Shown in pieces: positions 26,479 through 37,733 of a stretch of 64,000 bases of DNA (the first letter of the stretch is position 1; the number at the start of each line of letters is the position of its first letter). The notes under the pieces were generated by a model. The model made no database searches. It was not told where the DNA came from and worked only from the letters and a program-made list of their open reading frames with translations. The stretch is from Octopus vulgaris (Eukaryota). The DNA lies in the NCBI GenBank assembly GCA_951406725.2, contig OX597826.1, forward strand, positions 29,636,001 to 29,700,000. Direction: 5' to 3'. The translations under genes and the position numbers were made by a program.

Positions 26479-29400
26479 ATTATTATTATTAATATTATTA
26501 TTATTATTATTATTTGCAGCTATTCTTTTCCGTTATTTATATTTTCTTTATTTTTATATTTCAGAATACACCAAAAATCTATTCTAGAAACCGTTTCCTC
26601 AACTGGATCCAGGTTCCTAAAGTAGATTATCAAAACCAAATTGCCTTTTATAAAAAGCGTCTTTCTGATTCTACTGTTAAGAAACACCTGTACAACACAC
26701 AATGTTTATCGTTAGCCAAAGAATATAATCAGTCGCAGGTAAGAAATACTGTTTCCTCTATCCTTCTTTAATGGTGGTCATTTCATTTCTTTTTTTTTTA
26801 TTGTTGTTAGTTTTTCATTTTGAGCATCAAATATCTCAGGGAACAGGATTTACACCAGAGTATTCAGCATCATAGGTCTGCATTACAATGTGCACCCTTT
26901 TATTCCAGCCCTTCAATGTGTGCCCTGCCTTCTCTCTCTTACATGTAAACCCCACCTTCTCTCAGCCCAGCAGTGTGTGACTCCTTCTGCCACCCTACAA
27001 TATGCTCCCCCTTTTTCCAGCCTTCCTCATGAGCCTTCTTTTTTCATCCCTGCAATGTGTGTTCTCTTCTCCCAGCACTACAATGGGCACCCCCTCCTTC
27101 TCCCAGCCCTGCAATAAAATCTTCTCCTCCCACATTTTTCTACAACATCTTTCAGATTTCACCCTCCTGTGCTGGAGTTTTTTAAACCCCTTTTTCTTTT
27201 AATGTATATATATAGTCCATTCTGCTGGCTGGTTGGTGTCAGGAAGGGCATCCAGCTGTAAAAATCCTGCCAACACAGTCACAGAAGTCTGGTGCAGGCT
27301 TCAGCTTGGCTGGCTCTTGTGATACCATTCCAACCATGGTAGCATGCAAGGCTTTCCATGCTATCATGGGTGGGATGGCATTTGCACCAGAAGCTCCTCT
27401 ACAAACATTTCAGAGTGTTTGGGTATCAATCTGAGGACAGTGCAACCTGAGGACTCAAACATCCAGTCAACATGTGGTGTTTGGAGTGATCACTAATGAT
27501 GGCGATGTTATGCCTCCATTCATCTTCCCACACGGCCTCAGACTCAACAAGAGGCCTACATCAAGTGCCTGGAGAAGGTAGTTCTGCCCTGGGTCGAGAG
27601 GGTGGATGCTGGAAGGCTATATGTTTGGCAACAGGACTCTATCCCATGCCATACAAGCAGAAAACACATCACCCTAACATCTGGCCTCCTAACTCCCCTC
27701 TTGATTATTATGTGTGGGTCGCAGTTGAGTGAGAGACCAACAAACTCCTTGTTACACCAAAGATGAACTGAAGGCAAGGCTTATGGCAGCATTCATGAAC
27801 ATAAACAAGGAGACTGTTCAGAAGAGTTACTGGAGATTCCGAAGTCGTTTGGGGGCTGTAGTTGAAGCCAGTGGCGATTTTATTGAATAAATTTATTCTT
27901 TAATTTCTCAAGATATTTTCGTGTAATTTTGGTAAATCTGTTAAAATGAGATGACAGTGTTATTTTCATTTTTGCGTAATTTAAATGAAAGTTTATCACT
28001 GCACCCTGTATATATATATATATATACACGCACACACGCACATGCATATATGTGCACACACATACACAGCTCTCTATCAGGGATATAAGAACTGTTTTGC
28101 TTAATATGTCCTTCCTTTTTAAATTAAGGTGTAATGTATTACAATAAGGCTGCTATATCTAGGAGATCATTGATCACATAAACAATTCCCCGCCCTCCCA
28201 CAGCAGCCCTTAAAGTATTGCTTGTATTTGATGTCAGATTACCTCCTGCACTGCAATATAATATAATTTACATGTGGCCCACATTTCATATCCTTTTAGG
28301 CTAGCATGTATAAAAAGGAGCTGTTGAAAGCAGAGTTAGGATTGTTGAAGCAAGAAGTTGCAGATCAGTAAGTAAATTGCTGTTATTTGCTGTTGTTGTT
28401 AGTTTCTTTTTAATTTGTTTTTAACTAATTTTTTATACATTTATTTTGATATATTTTTATTAACTCACTTTGCTTTTCCACATGCAGACTTTCACCTGTA
28501 TATATGATGATAACATTGCCATCATCACCATCATCATTGTGCATCTACTTTTTCGTGCTGACAAATGGATCTGATGGCAACTCACAAAACCACAGAAAAC
28601 TGCCCGGCTTTATTCCTGTGTATATTGTATATTGCGTGAAGGTGCATTGCCTAGTGGTTTGGGTGCTACACTTGTGACTGTGAGATCGTGGTTTCAATTC
28701 TTACACCAGGTGGTGCTTCGTGTTCTTCTGCAAAACACTTCATCTCATGTTGATCTGCGATCTCTTCAACACCTGACATGTGGTACACCATGCACCTGTT
28801 CAGACAATGTTGGTTTGATGGAGGTTAGAGTACTAATGTGCAACACAAACATTGTCATTATAAACAAATCATCTGTTCAGGTTTATCACCATCATCGTTT
28901 ATCGTCCGCTTTCCATGCTAGCATGGGTTGGACAGTTTGACTGATGACTGGCAAGCCAGGAGGATGCACCAGGCTCCAATCTGATCTGGCAAGGTTTCTA
29001 CAGCTGGATGCCTTTCCTAACGCGAACCACTCCGAGAGTGCAGTGAGTACTTTTTACATGCCACTAGCATGGGAGCCAGTCAGGGGGCACTGGCACTGAC
29101 CACGTTTGGATGGTGCTTTTTACGTGCCACCGGCACAGGAGCCTGTCAGTTCAAGAAATTGCAGAACTGTCATTCTCAGACTCAAGGGACTACCTTTAAA
29201 TATTGTATATTGTGGACTGACTGATGGTGGCTACAGAATATCAAGGGCAAAGTAGTATTTCTGATTTTGGTCCCTGCACTGTATTACTGCCAGGTGGGCT
29301 GGCAGCAGTGATGACATTCAACAAAATGAATGCTTGGCAACCAACTGCAGTTGATGGTACTTCATACATCATTGCAGATTCATCTGTGCCATGGAATTAG

Positions 29401-32236
29401 GCTAGGATCAGGTCTCTCCAATCCTATCTGCCAGTTTTAATGGATCTGTCTATGGTATTGTTCCACCAACATCTCATCTTAGTTGGAACTTTACACCTTA
29501 AATTGTGCTTCAGAGGCCACTGTCATTTCCTGCAGTCCTGTAGGTAATACCTGTTGACTTAAATTCTTATCTGAGAGTCTGTCTCTCAGGAAGATGAACT
29601 GAAAGCAATTAAAAGAAGCAGGACAATTTCTCAGATCAAGAAAGGCCAAGATGATGATAGTTTGAACTAGGTGCATTTTACTGTGTCACCAATACTTGTA
29701 AGATTGTCTGTGGATGGACTACGGTGTTCTCTTTTCTTTGTATGAGATCTTGGAGTTAATCCTCGTCTGGTCAGCTGTGACATCACTTACCGAGACCATC
29801 TCTATTGGCTCTCCATTGTATCGATTCTGTTGTGGTTGACTTTGCTATTCATGTCTTTTAGGGTCATTAAAATAAGTATCAGTTAAACACTGATGTTGAT
29901 ATAACTGACTTCTCCTTTGCCCCAAAATTGCTGGCCTTGTGCCAAAATTTGAAATCGGTCTTACAGCTGATAATCTGATAATAGCTTTAACCACTACTCT
30001 AGCTCACTTCCTACCATGCCCCGAGTCAGAAATTGTCATTCCATCACAGTTTATTTATTATAATATTTTGGTTCCTTTTTATATGACCACAGGTTGACTC
30101 CTGAATATTACAATGTTGTGGATTTACATGGAATGAAGATCCATGAAGCTGTTAGCATCACAAAACAATGTTTACAGGATTATAAAAGAGGTAATACAGT
30201 GTTCTTGGCTTTTTTTGTTTCGTTTTTATTATTGTTGTTGCTACTAAGGTGGCAAGCTGGCAGGATCGTCAGCAGACCGAGCGAAATGCTTAGTGGCAGA
30301 AACGTTAGCGGGCCAGGCGAAATGCTTAGCAGTATTTCGTCTGCTGCTACGTTCTGAGTTCAAATTCTGCCGAGGTTGACTTTGCTTTTCATCCTTTTGG
30401 GGTCAATAAAAAAAGTACCAGTTTCGCACTGGGGTCGATATAATTGACTTAATCTGTTTCTCTGTCCTTGTTTGTCCTCTCTGTGTTTAGCCCCTTGTGG
30501 GTTGTAAAGAAATAGGTATTTCACCCTTGATATATTCTGAGTACAAATTCCTCCAAGGTAAACTTTACTTTTCATACTTTCGGGGTTGATAAAATAAGTA
30601 CCAGTTGCGTACTGGGGATTTATGTAATTAACTTCCTTCCTCCCCCAAATTTCAGGCCTTGTGCCCATAACAGAAGGGATTATTATTGTTGCTATAGATG
30701 CTGTCAATGTTGCTAACGTTGTTGTGACACTTGCCTGTTTTGATGTATATGCTATGATACTACTGCCCTCATTTGCATATTCTTATCATGATGTGGGTTT
30801 GTAAGGGGCATCACATCTTAGAACAGGCACAGGCATGGCTGTGTGGTTAAGAGGTTTACTTTGTAACCATGTGTTTTGGAGTTCAGTTCCATTGCATGGC
30901 ACCTCGGAAAAGTGTCTTTCGCAGTGGCCATGGGTTGAACACTATCTTGCAAGTAAATTTGGTGTGTGTGTGTGTGTGTGTGTGTGCATGCTTACATTCT
31001 GAGTTATGTGAAAAACAAAACAAAACCTCACTGAGTTATAGTGTGTGTCTTGATATTTTCCCTATCAACAAATTGCTCTGTAGCTCTATACGTTTGAAGA
31101 TAAGTGTGATGGAAATATCTTTACTTGATGACCAGATGAGGGTTAGTAGCAAGAAGGGCATCTGGCTGTAGAACAATGTCCCGATGTGTGTATTCGTATG
31201 GCTGTGAAATTGAACTTGGAAGCACATTGTTGCAAAGTGAAGCTTACGACACACACACTCACACACACACAGAAAGAGAGAGCTATCATGTGGTCGACTA
31301 GGCTCTCTGATGTTATACATTGCTGGTCACTATGTGCTTTGCATTGTTTTAGCTTTTGAATAATGTCATCGCACTGGATAAGCAAGCTGATCAACATTTT
31401 CTCTGCTCGGCAATCTCTTCCATTGCAGGGTTGTCCATTTATAGGTAGGTGGATTGGAACAAATTGAAATAAAGTGTTTTGCTCAAGAACACAACCTGCA
31501 GCTGATCTGAGAATTGAACCCATGATGTCATGATCATGAGTGTAACACAATCACTTGGGCACATGTCTCCACATTATATATATGTAGGCCGTGTCGGTGG
31601 CATGTAAAAAGCATCATCCAATTGTGGTTGATGCCAGCTCCTCTGGCCCCTGTGCTGGTGGCACGTAAAAAGCACCCACTACACTCTCGGAGTGGTTGGC
31701 ATTAGAAAGGGCATCTAGCTGTAGAAACACTGCCAGATCAGATTGGGGCCTCGTGCAGCCTCCTGGCTTCCCAGACTCCAGTCGAACCGTCCATCCCATG
31801 TCAGCATGGAAAACGGACGTTAAACGATGATGATGATGTATGTGCAAGAGAAGGAGAAGCATGGTTATGTGGTTGAGAAATATGCTTCAGAAACACGTTA
31901 TGGGTTTGGTTTCACTGTGTGGATGCCATAGGCTGGGTTACCCTGCTATAGCTGTAGATCAACCAATACATTGTGAGTGAAACTGCTTGATGAGAACTGA
32001 AAAAGCCTATTTATGTATATTGTTGCTATTATGTTAAACTGTCGTATGTCCAAATTTGACCAAATGTGTTTTTTATCAATATTTATTTTTGCTTGCAGTA
32101 GCTGGTTCTTTTAGTCAAACTGTCATATCAAAAATTGTCAAAGTGTAGTGCAACAGTTTTGCTATGGAATGGTAAAACTATTTTTTCGTTTTCTGAAAAA
32201 GTTACGTTTTGGACTTACGATACTTTTGCATAATAG

Positions 32237-32275
<39 letters not shown>

Positions 32276-34419
32276 GAAAAAACTCAATTGAAGGCATTAA
32301 AACGTTCGGACAGATATACGACACAAAGGTGGACAAGAGAAACAGCAATTAGGACAGCAAAAAAAAAAAAAGACGGGTCATTCTTGGCTTTCTTTGATGT
32401 ATATGAGTGGCCATGTAATTCCTCTAGAACAGGAACTGACTTACACCCCATCCCTTCTCTCGTAGCTTGACTCCACCCCCTCATCTCCTAGTGTAACCTA
32501 CCCAAACCTTAGATTTTGTAATCTTGTGGGCTTGCCAGCTCAATGGTGACATTGCTAGTGTTGATGAGATGAAAAAATATCACCCAGTAGACTCTGTAAA
32601 GTGGTTGGTGCTAGAAAAGGCATCCAGCCACAGAAACTATGTCAAAGCAGGGAATGGAGTGAGCACAATGCAGTCTTATATCCCATCAATTCCTGTCAAA
32701 CCATCCAACCCATGCCAGCATGGAACATGGACATTAAGGGTCTGCAAAGCAAATCCCAGACATTGTAAAGCATTAGTAATGACTGAGCTGATCCAGGGAT
32801 AAAGGCATTTTAGACTTAGCCATGTTGTCTTGCTCTCATCATCATTTAATGTCTGTCTTCCATGCTCTTATGGGATTGATGGTCCAGCGAAATCGAAGGA
32901 GTCTATTGAGCTCTGCTGTGGCAATGTTTCTACGGCCGAATGCCCTTCCTGATGTCCACCACCAATTATTTCCAAGTAAGGTAATATCTGCCCTTGAACA
33001 GATGGAAGAGACACTGCTTGAATGACAGTGGCACTCGTTTACGACTATCAAATGATGTCGAGGCAAGATCTTGTATTACATCATTAAATGTGTTTTATTT
33101 TTGTGAAAAGAAAGATGGCTGTGGTTTGAGGAAGATTTGGCTGTTGTTTCTAACAGGTTGAGCAAACTATGTGAATGGTCCCTCTCTACTGATAATGTTG
33201 ATGTTGGGTTGTTGCTAATTGTTCTGTAAATTTCAGCTTTAGACAATGGTTACATGATGAAGAGAAACCTGACAATAATCACAGGGAAAGGATTGAACAA
33301 TGTAGCTGGGCGTTCTGTGTTGAAGCCACCAATTCTCTCCCACATCAAGCAAAATTCATTCCGGTAAGTAGGAAAATGAAAGAAAAATAATATCTTGTGT
33401 CATTAGATATCCTACCCCCTTTGTGCTCTCTTGACTTGGGCCAAGGGACCAAATTCTATCCTTTTGGTAGGGTCCAAATTTCTTAATATTTAATGGTAGT
33501 ATGATGGCCATATAGTCACTAATCTAAAATCTACCTTTACCGATTGTCATCATTATTATTATTATAGATTTGTGGTGAATTGCTTAAATGGTTAAAGCCA
33601 TGGGTTAAAATTATTAGCACACCAGGCAAAAAATGTTTAGTGGCATTTCATTCATCTTTATGTTCAGAGTTCAAATTCTGCCGGGGTCGACTTTGCCTTT
33701 CATCCATTCGGGGTTGATAAAATAAGTACCAGTTACACACTGTGAGAAGTCTGTGGGGAAAATCACTCACAGCATTCTGCCAAGACAAGCTTCTTTTTCT
33801 TTGAAAGAATATGGTTGCCGAGGGGTCTGGAAGTGAAGTAGTGAACCAGAGACTGGTCTGTTGGAATCCTTTAACCAACAATGCCAATCCTTAAGGTGCA
33901 CAATATAAATAAAGGAGTGGATTATCTGCAGCCAGGAATCAAAACCAGTTCAAAGATTCTCTTCTCGTGGAGCTTATTTCCTCTTGTTCTGCAGTGCTAA
34001 AATGATGGTCTTTTACCATTTCTCACTATTTGGTTGTGGCCATACTACTTAGAAATGCTACTTTGAATTTCAGTTTCCAAATGTCATATATATATTTGCT
34101 AAACATGGATAAGGCAACGAGCTGGCAGAAACGTTAGCGCGCCGGGCGAAATGCTTAGCAGTATTTCGTCTGTCGTTACGTTCTGAGTTCAAATTCCGCC
34201 GAGGTCGAATTTGCTTTTCATCCTTTTGGGGGTCGATAAATAAAGTACCAGTTTCGCACTGGGGTCAATGTAATCGACTTGATCCCTTTGTCTGTCCTTG
34301 TTTGTCTCCTCTATGTTTAGCCCCTTGTGGGCAGTAAAGAAATATATTTGCTAAACATGGATTTCTTTTTCTTCTGCAGGTTCATCGAGGACGATGGTTC
34401 CATCAAAGTATTTTTCTGA
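4076..34419 (+). CDS. N4BP2: NEDD4-binding protein 2-like gene (kinase-CUE-DUF1771-like-Smr), 15 coding exons, 5'-incomplete
   Basis: Exons 4076-4436, 5444-5580, 9432-9520, 11826-11902, 14502-14609, 15903-16678, 17260-17355, 19327-19496, 22548-22651, 23408-23516, 26565-26738, 28300-28367, 30093-30190, 33237-33363, 34380-34419 join in one frame with AG/GT sites and matching phases; family motifs MRGCPGSGKST, STDDYF, AHAWNQ, IIDNTN, WEMEPY, EPNTAWKF, RNTHGV, DLHG, IITGKG. Confidence 0.92.
4748..5130 (-). mobile_element. SINE family B
   Basis: Reverse complement of 2545-2908. Confidence 0.8.
5444..5580 (+). CDS. N4BP2: N4BP2-like exon 2 (kinase)
   Basis: ttcag|; KLLECLPKNKTAAILSTDDYF...DAHAWNQQR; g|gtaaat. 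Confidence 0.93.
5883..6381. mobile_element. piggyBac-like MITE with nested SINE
   Basis: TTAA-CCCTTTAGCATT...AATGCTGAAAGG-TTAA; relatives at 8688-9248, 15640-15865, 20344-20560. Confidence 0.7.
7019..7308 (-). mobile_element. SINE family B with alternative tail
   Basis: Head matches 2545; tail matches 43950-44050. Confidence 0.75.
7352..7575 (+). mobile_element. HHR-bearing Penelope-like fragment with inverted 5' copy
   Basis: 7352-7412 is an inverted partial copy of 7435-7502; HHR; AATAAA downstream; microsatellite flanks. Confidence 0.55.
7432..7469 (+). ncRNA. Minimal type-I hammerhead ribozyme, sense strand of N4BP2 intron 2
   Basis: UUGU-CUGAUGA-AC ggaaau GU-GAAA-CUCUGAG-UA-ACAA. Confidence 0.65.
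8838..9200 (-). mobile_element. SINE family A nested in a piggyBac-like MITE (8688-9248)
   Basis: Reverse complement of family A. Confidence 0.75.
9432..9520 (+). CDS. N4BP2: N4BP2-like exon 3 (kinase)
   Basis: aacag|; LNAMKEGTDLVIIDNTNLTLWEMEPYANY; |gtgagt. Confidence 0.93.
9938..11295 (-). mobile_element. 5'-truncated RTE-type LINE (RT C-terminus with Cys/His finger, 3' UTR, (GAT)n tail)
   Basis: WPCSICRKGIGRNSIRCTQCKLWTHKRC...CGRC...VVDSLRYLGD; same 3' end recurs at 1311-1700, 6560-6945, 15113-15410, 21301-21930, 24060-24355(+), 28887-29150, 31590-31836(+), 37108-37615, 39110-39550. Confidence 0.8.
10560..11150. repeat. Perfect 124-bp inverted repeat (10560-10683 / 11027-11150)
   Basis: Base-by-base reverse-complement match. 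Confidence 0.92.
11826..11902 (+). CDS. N4BP2: N4BP2-like exon 4 (kinase)
   Basis: gtcag|; AKENGYFLEIVEPNTAWKFKARKLA; gc|gtaagt; not in ORF track. Confidence 0.92.
12077..12486 (-). mobile_element. SINE family A
   Basis: Reverse complement of family A. Confidence 0.8.
13095..13580. mobile_element. Two tandem piggyBac-like MITEs (13095-13330, 13355-13580)
   Basis: TTAA-CCCTT...AAGrG-TTAA ends; near-identical bodies; reverse copy at 19690-19918. Confidence 0.78.
13889..14120 (+). mobile_element. SINE family C monomer with 16-bp TSD
   Basis: AAGGCrGCGAGCTGGCAGAAACGTTAGC head; TAAGAAAGGGTCACTT at 13873-13888 and 14120-14135. Confidence 0.88.
14502..14609 (+). CDS. N4BP2: N4BP2-like exon 5 (end of kinase)
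   Basis: ttcag|; RNTHGVGYEKIVDMLKKYEEVTVHQLLRNKKAPRT; ag|gtaagt. Confidence 0.92.
15903..16678 (+). CDS. N4BP2: N4BP2-like exon 6 (basic patch plus acidic Ser-rich linker)
   Basis: tttag|; 776-nt open frame within ORF 15841-16683, ending LVQLFGPLEELENK; g|gttagt. Confidence 0.88.
17260..17355 (+). CDS. N4BP2: N4BP2-like exon 7
   Basis: aacag|; PDKEGFINTKLSLEHLSSLHKTLSEICQSKK; g|gtaaga; phase 1-1. Confidence 0.85.
17602..17964. mobile_element. Helentron/DINE-like non-autonomous element
   Basis: ACAAGATCACTCAGAGAGTGCAAACCTCTGCCAAGG start; subterminal inverted repeat and hairpin GCCTT-cact-AAGGCGGAGGTAAT end. Confidence 0.55.
17965..19197 (-). mobile_element. Cluster of diverged SINE family C copies with (AAT)n spacers
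   Basis: About five reverse-complement units of the TTCTGAGTTCAAATTC...CTTTCATCCTT body. Confidence 0.8.
19327..19496 (+). CDS. N4BP2: N4BP2-like exon 8
   Basis: ctcag|; AKNRRSD...SLSQIMREQQEGQIELELK; aag|gtttgt. Confidence 0.85.
21301..21930 (-). mobile_element. RTE-type LINE 3' fragment
   Basis: Colinear with 9938-10560. Confidence 0.75.
22548..22651 (+). CDS. N4BP2: N4BP2-like exon 9 (CUE domain first part)
   Basis: ttcag|; LQRNDPVTVGKLRKLCSEFPGYDPNIIEIIFQEN with the CUE FP motif; ga|gtgagt. Confidence 0.88.
23408..23516 (+). CDS. N4BP2: N4BP2-like exon 10 (CUE domain second part)
   Basis: long pyrimidine tract then ccag|; YNYTTTLAFLNGVPDKTG...CVVRRT; |gtaagt; bridges phase 2 to phase 0. 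Confidence 0.87.
23575..23873 (-). mobile_element. SINE family B variant
   Basis: Head and body similar to family B. Confidence 0.7.
24515..26445 (+). mobile_element. Cluster of nested SINE family C copies, with a LINE tail at 25090-25390
   Basis: Repeated GGCAGAAwCGTTAGC...GAGTTCAAATT...AGTACCAGTT units separated by (ATT)n. Confidence 0.8.
26565..26738 (+). CDS. N4BP2: N4BP2-like exon 11 (DUF1771-like position)
   Basis: ttcag|; NTPKIYSRNRFLNWIQVPK...AKEYNQSQ; cag|gtaaga; 174 nt, phase 0-0. Confidence 0.85.
27452..28008 (+). mobile_element. Tc1/mariner-superfamily transposase relic with right end
   Basis: Frameshifted VFGVITNDGDVMPPFIFPHGLRLN...QQDS...IWPPNSPLDYYVW; ends GCACCCTG-TA. Confidence 0.75.
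28300..28367 (+). CDS. N4BP2: N4BP2-like exon 12
   Basis: tttag|; ASMYKKELLKAELGLLKQEVAD; ca|gtaagt. Confidence 0.85.
30093..30190 (+). CDS. N4BP2: N4BP2-like exon 13 (Smr DLHG)
   Basis: cacag|; LTPEYYNVVDLHGMKIHEAVSITKQCLQDYKR; g|gtaata. Confidence 0.92.
30246..30685 (+). mobile_element. SINE family C dimer
   Basis: Head-body-tailA joined at AAATA|GGTATTTC to body-tailB. Confidence 0.8.
33237..33363 (+). CDS. N4BP2: N4BP2-like exon 14 (Smr GxG)
   Basis: ttcag|; LDNGYMMKRNLTIITGKGLNNVAGRSVLKPPILSHIKQNSF; cg|gtaagt. Confidence 0.92.
34111..34341 (+). mobile_element. Young SINE family C monomer with 21-bp TSD
   Basis: ATATATTTGCTAAACATGGAT at 34090-34110 and 34342-34362. Confidence 0.9.
34380..34419 (+). 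CDS. N4BP2: N4BP2-like last coding exon
   Basis: tgcag|; FIEDDGSIKVFF then TGA at 34417-34419; fits the final Smr strand. Confidence 0.88.
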
Positions 34420-35449
34420 AATTGCACATTTTGGTTTTTACCTGCTTTCTTGATGGTTCTGATCTTTACACTTACTTGACACCTATACGTTTTGATGGTT
34501 GAAACCATTGTATTTACCAAAGCTGTTTTCCATGACTCTACATGGCACTCTGAGGAAACAATTTCTGGCAGTTCTTTTGGAGTTGCTGTTAGTAGCTCTG
34601 AATACGAAACTCACTACAACTGTTTCCTAATGAGTCTTGAACTTCAGATCCACACAAATGTTACACCTGAAGATCCTTATTAAACTGTTGGAAAATCTCG
34701 TTTCTGAGTGTTTTAAACAATAAATTCTTGGTAACAGTCACTTTTTGATAATCCTTGACATGAAATTCTTGGAAAGAGCACCAAACCTTTGGAAGCTTAC
34801 TCATGATAGACTTAGACACTAAAATCTTGGAAACGGTCACAATTATCTCAGATTTTGTGAAACTGTTACACCTGATAAATTCTTCAACCAAATTTTAGGA
34901 ATATGTTGCTTCTGATAGACCTCAACAGCAATGGAAATTCTCATTCTGAGAATTCTAAACAATAAACTTTTGGTAGTTGTCACTTTTGATAATCCTTGAC
35001 ATCAAATTCTTGGAAATTGTCACCTGTGATATTTTTGGACTTGGAAAACCTTTGGAAACTTCAGCATAATAGGCTTAAACTTCAAAATCTCAGAGACTGG
35101 CTGCTCTCAAATGTTCTTGACATTAGGCTCTTGAATGTCTTTGATCTCAAACTTTTGGAAACTATCAGTCTCATTGGATTTATAATTCCTGATGATTATA
35201 GAAAAAAGCAAAGAAAAAAAAAAAGCAAAGGGAAAAACAGAAATCATGGTCCAAGTTACCAAACTCATTGAAAAACCTTTACTGTGATCATGCTTTAGTC
35301 ATCAAACATGGAACTGCTTTGCCACTCTTAAAGATCATAGATATTTATTCATCTGAGCAATTAATAGGAAAATTCTTAGTTTTGACAGACCTACATTCTA
35401 AAACTGCATTATTATTATTACTTATTTAATTAATTTATTTATTTATTCT

Positions 35450-36035
35450 TTAGGCAGCAAACTAGTAGAATGGTTAGCATTGCCAGACAATATGCTTTGT
35501 GATATTTCTTCTGTCACTTGATTTTCTGAGTTCATATTTCACCAAGGTTAACTTCACTTTTCATCCTTTCAGGGTCAATGTAAATGACTGACCCCTCCCC
35601 TCAAAATTTCAAGCTGTGTGCCTCAAGGCATCAAGGTGGCAGAATTAGTCGCATGCTGGACAGAATGCTTAATGGCATTCTGTCAAGCTTTATGTTCAGA
35701 GTTCAAAATGCTGCCAAGGTTGACTTGGCTTGTCATCCCTTCAAGGGTTGATAAAGTACCAGTTGAGGACGGCTTGATGTACATCGACTAGCTCCCCCCC
35801 ACACAAAATTTCAGTTCTTATGCTTATGACAGAAAAAAATTATTACTAAGGCAACAAGCTGGCCAAATTGTTAGGGTACTCGACAGATTGATTGATGACA
35901 TTGAGTTCAAATACTGCCGAAGTCAACTCATCTTTTTGGGGTCGATACAATTAGTACCAGTTGAGCACTGGGGTCAATATAGTGGAATTACCCCTTCCAT
36001 AAAATTACTGGCCTTGTGCTTATAGTAGAAAGAAC
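35450..36035 (+). mobile_element. Three old SINE family C copies in the putative 3' UTR
   Basis: Diverged family C units. Confidence 0.7.
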
Positions 36036-36847
36036 TTATTAATGTCATGTGACCATCATAGTTTTTTTTAAGTTGCTATGATCTCTATCAGCCGTCACTA
36101 GGAAAAAACTTTTATAAAATATACTTAAGTGGATGGGTTTTTTTTGTATGACCATTGAAACCTGATAAATCTATTTTCTTGACAGTGCTTACTTAAACTA
36201 CAAACAACAATCACCAAATCAAAACTGTTTGATACCCAGATTTCATAAACAACCCCATATATATATATATAACATGTTTTTGCAAAGAATACTTCATACT
36301 GTTAAAATATTTAAAGAAAGATTTTCTTAAAAGTTATTTACTATTTAAATTTTTTTTAGAAAAGCTGAATGATGTACACCTTTTTGAAATGTAATTTTTT
36401 GCATTGTAAGCACTTTCACTTTGCAAAATTGAACAATGAAAGCACTTTTTGCTCTATATAAAACCTTCCAAAAGGGTTGTCTCATTCTGTTGTTTTGAAA
36501 AAAATTTAAATATTTAACTTTTAGGAAAATCTCTCCTTACATGTGTATATATTATATATATATGCACACACACACACACATACATACACACATATTTTGG
36601 TATATTTTTCTATGACCATTTCCTTTTTTTATCATTTTTTTTTTGTTTTGCATTGGATCTAAGAAGAACATCTTTAAAAGTTCTTTCACCCATGTTGCTT
36701 TCTCCCACCTTGTTACATCCAGTCCATTTCAAGAATATTTTAGTTCCTTCACTGATTTGTTCTTATTGCTGTTGATTTTCTCTTAAACCATTATTTCATC
36801 TTTCATGCATACTTATTCACTCGCTTATATTGTATATACTTTATAAT

Positions 36848-36853
36848 AATAAA
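36848..36853 (+). terminator. Candidate polyadenylation signal of the N4BP2-like gene
   Basis: AATAAA after an AU-rich UTR-like tract; other AATAAA at 34719 and 34961. Confidence 0.35.
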
Positions 36854-37733
36854 AATGTGGTGCAGGGGAACGACCAAGGAACAGAGTAAAACAGAAAGAA
36901 ATGCACACAGTGGACGCATTCATCATTCAGCAGTTGTTGGCCAAACATCAAACACACTTTCAACACCTTTCAATTGTATGGTTCAATTTGGCAGTGTTAG
37001 CAGTATAACTTGCTGGGGGTAGAAATGTGAATAGAAATGGGGAGGGGGGATGAGAAGTGCAATAACAAGGAAAAAGATATGAAATATATACAACGAAACA
37101 AAAGCAATCATCATCATCGTTTAACGTCCGTTTTCCATTCTGGCATGGGTTGGATGGAACGACTGGGGTCTAGGAAGCCAGGAGGCTGCACCAGGCCCCA
37201 ATCTGATCTGGTAGTGTTTCTACAGCTGGATGCCCTTCCTAACGCCAACCACTTTGAGAGTGTAGTGGGTGCTTTATACATGCCACTGGCACAGGGGCCA
37301 GAGGAGCTAGCATCAACCACGATCGATGGTGCTTTTTACATGCCACTGGCACGGAAGCCAGTCAAAGCAGCTCTGGCATCGGCCACGGAAAGATGGTGCT
37401 TTTTACGTGCTACCGGCATGGGGCTGACGACTACAATTTCCATTTGAGATTTGATATTGCTGTTGATGTTAGTGTACTTGACTCAATAGGTCTCCCCAAG
37501 CACGGCATGTCGTCCTATGATCCAAAGTATTTTTGAGTGTGCTGGTTATGCAACACTGGTGTAGTTTACAACTGTGGACTCACTTTATTTGCTGGGTCTT
37601 CTCAGTCACAGCATACCTAGACCGTCGTGGAAAAATACAAGTGATGGTCAGTACATGGGCGACTAAACATTTTGGCTGGTCGTTGGGGGTGCGTTTTGTG
37701 CTGCAACTGATCACCGATAGCTAGAGAGAAAGA

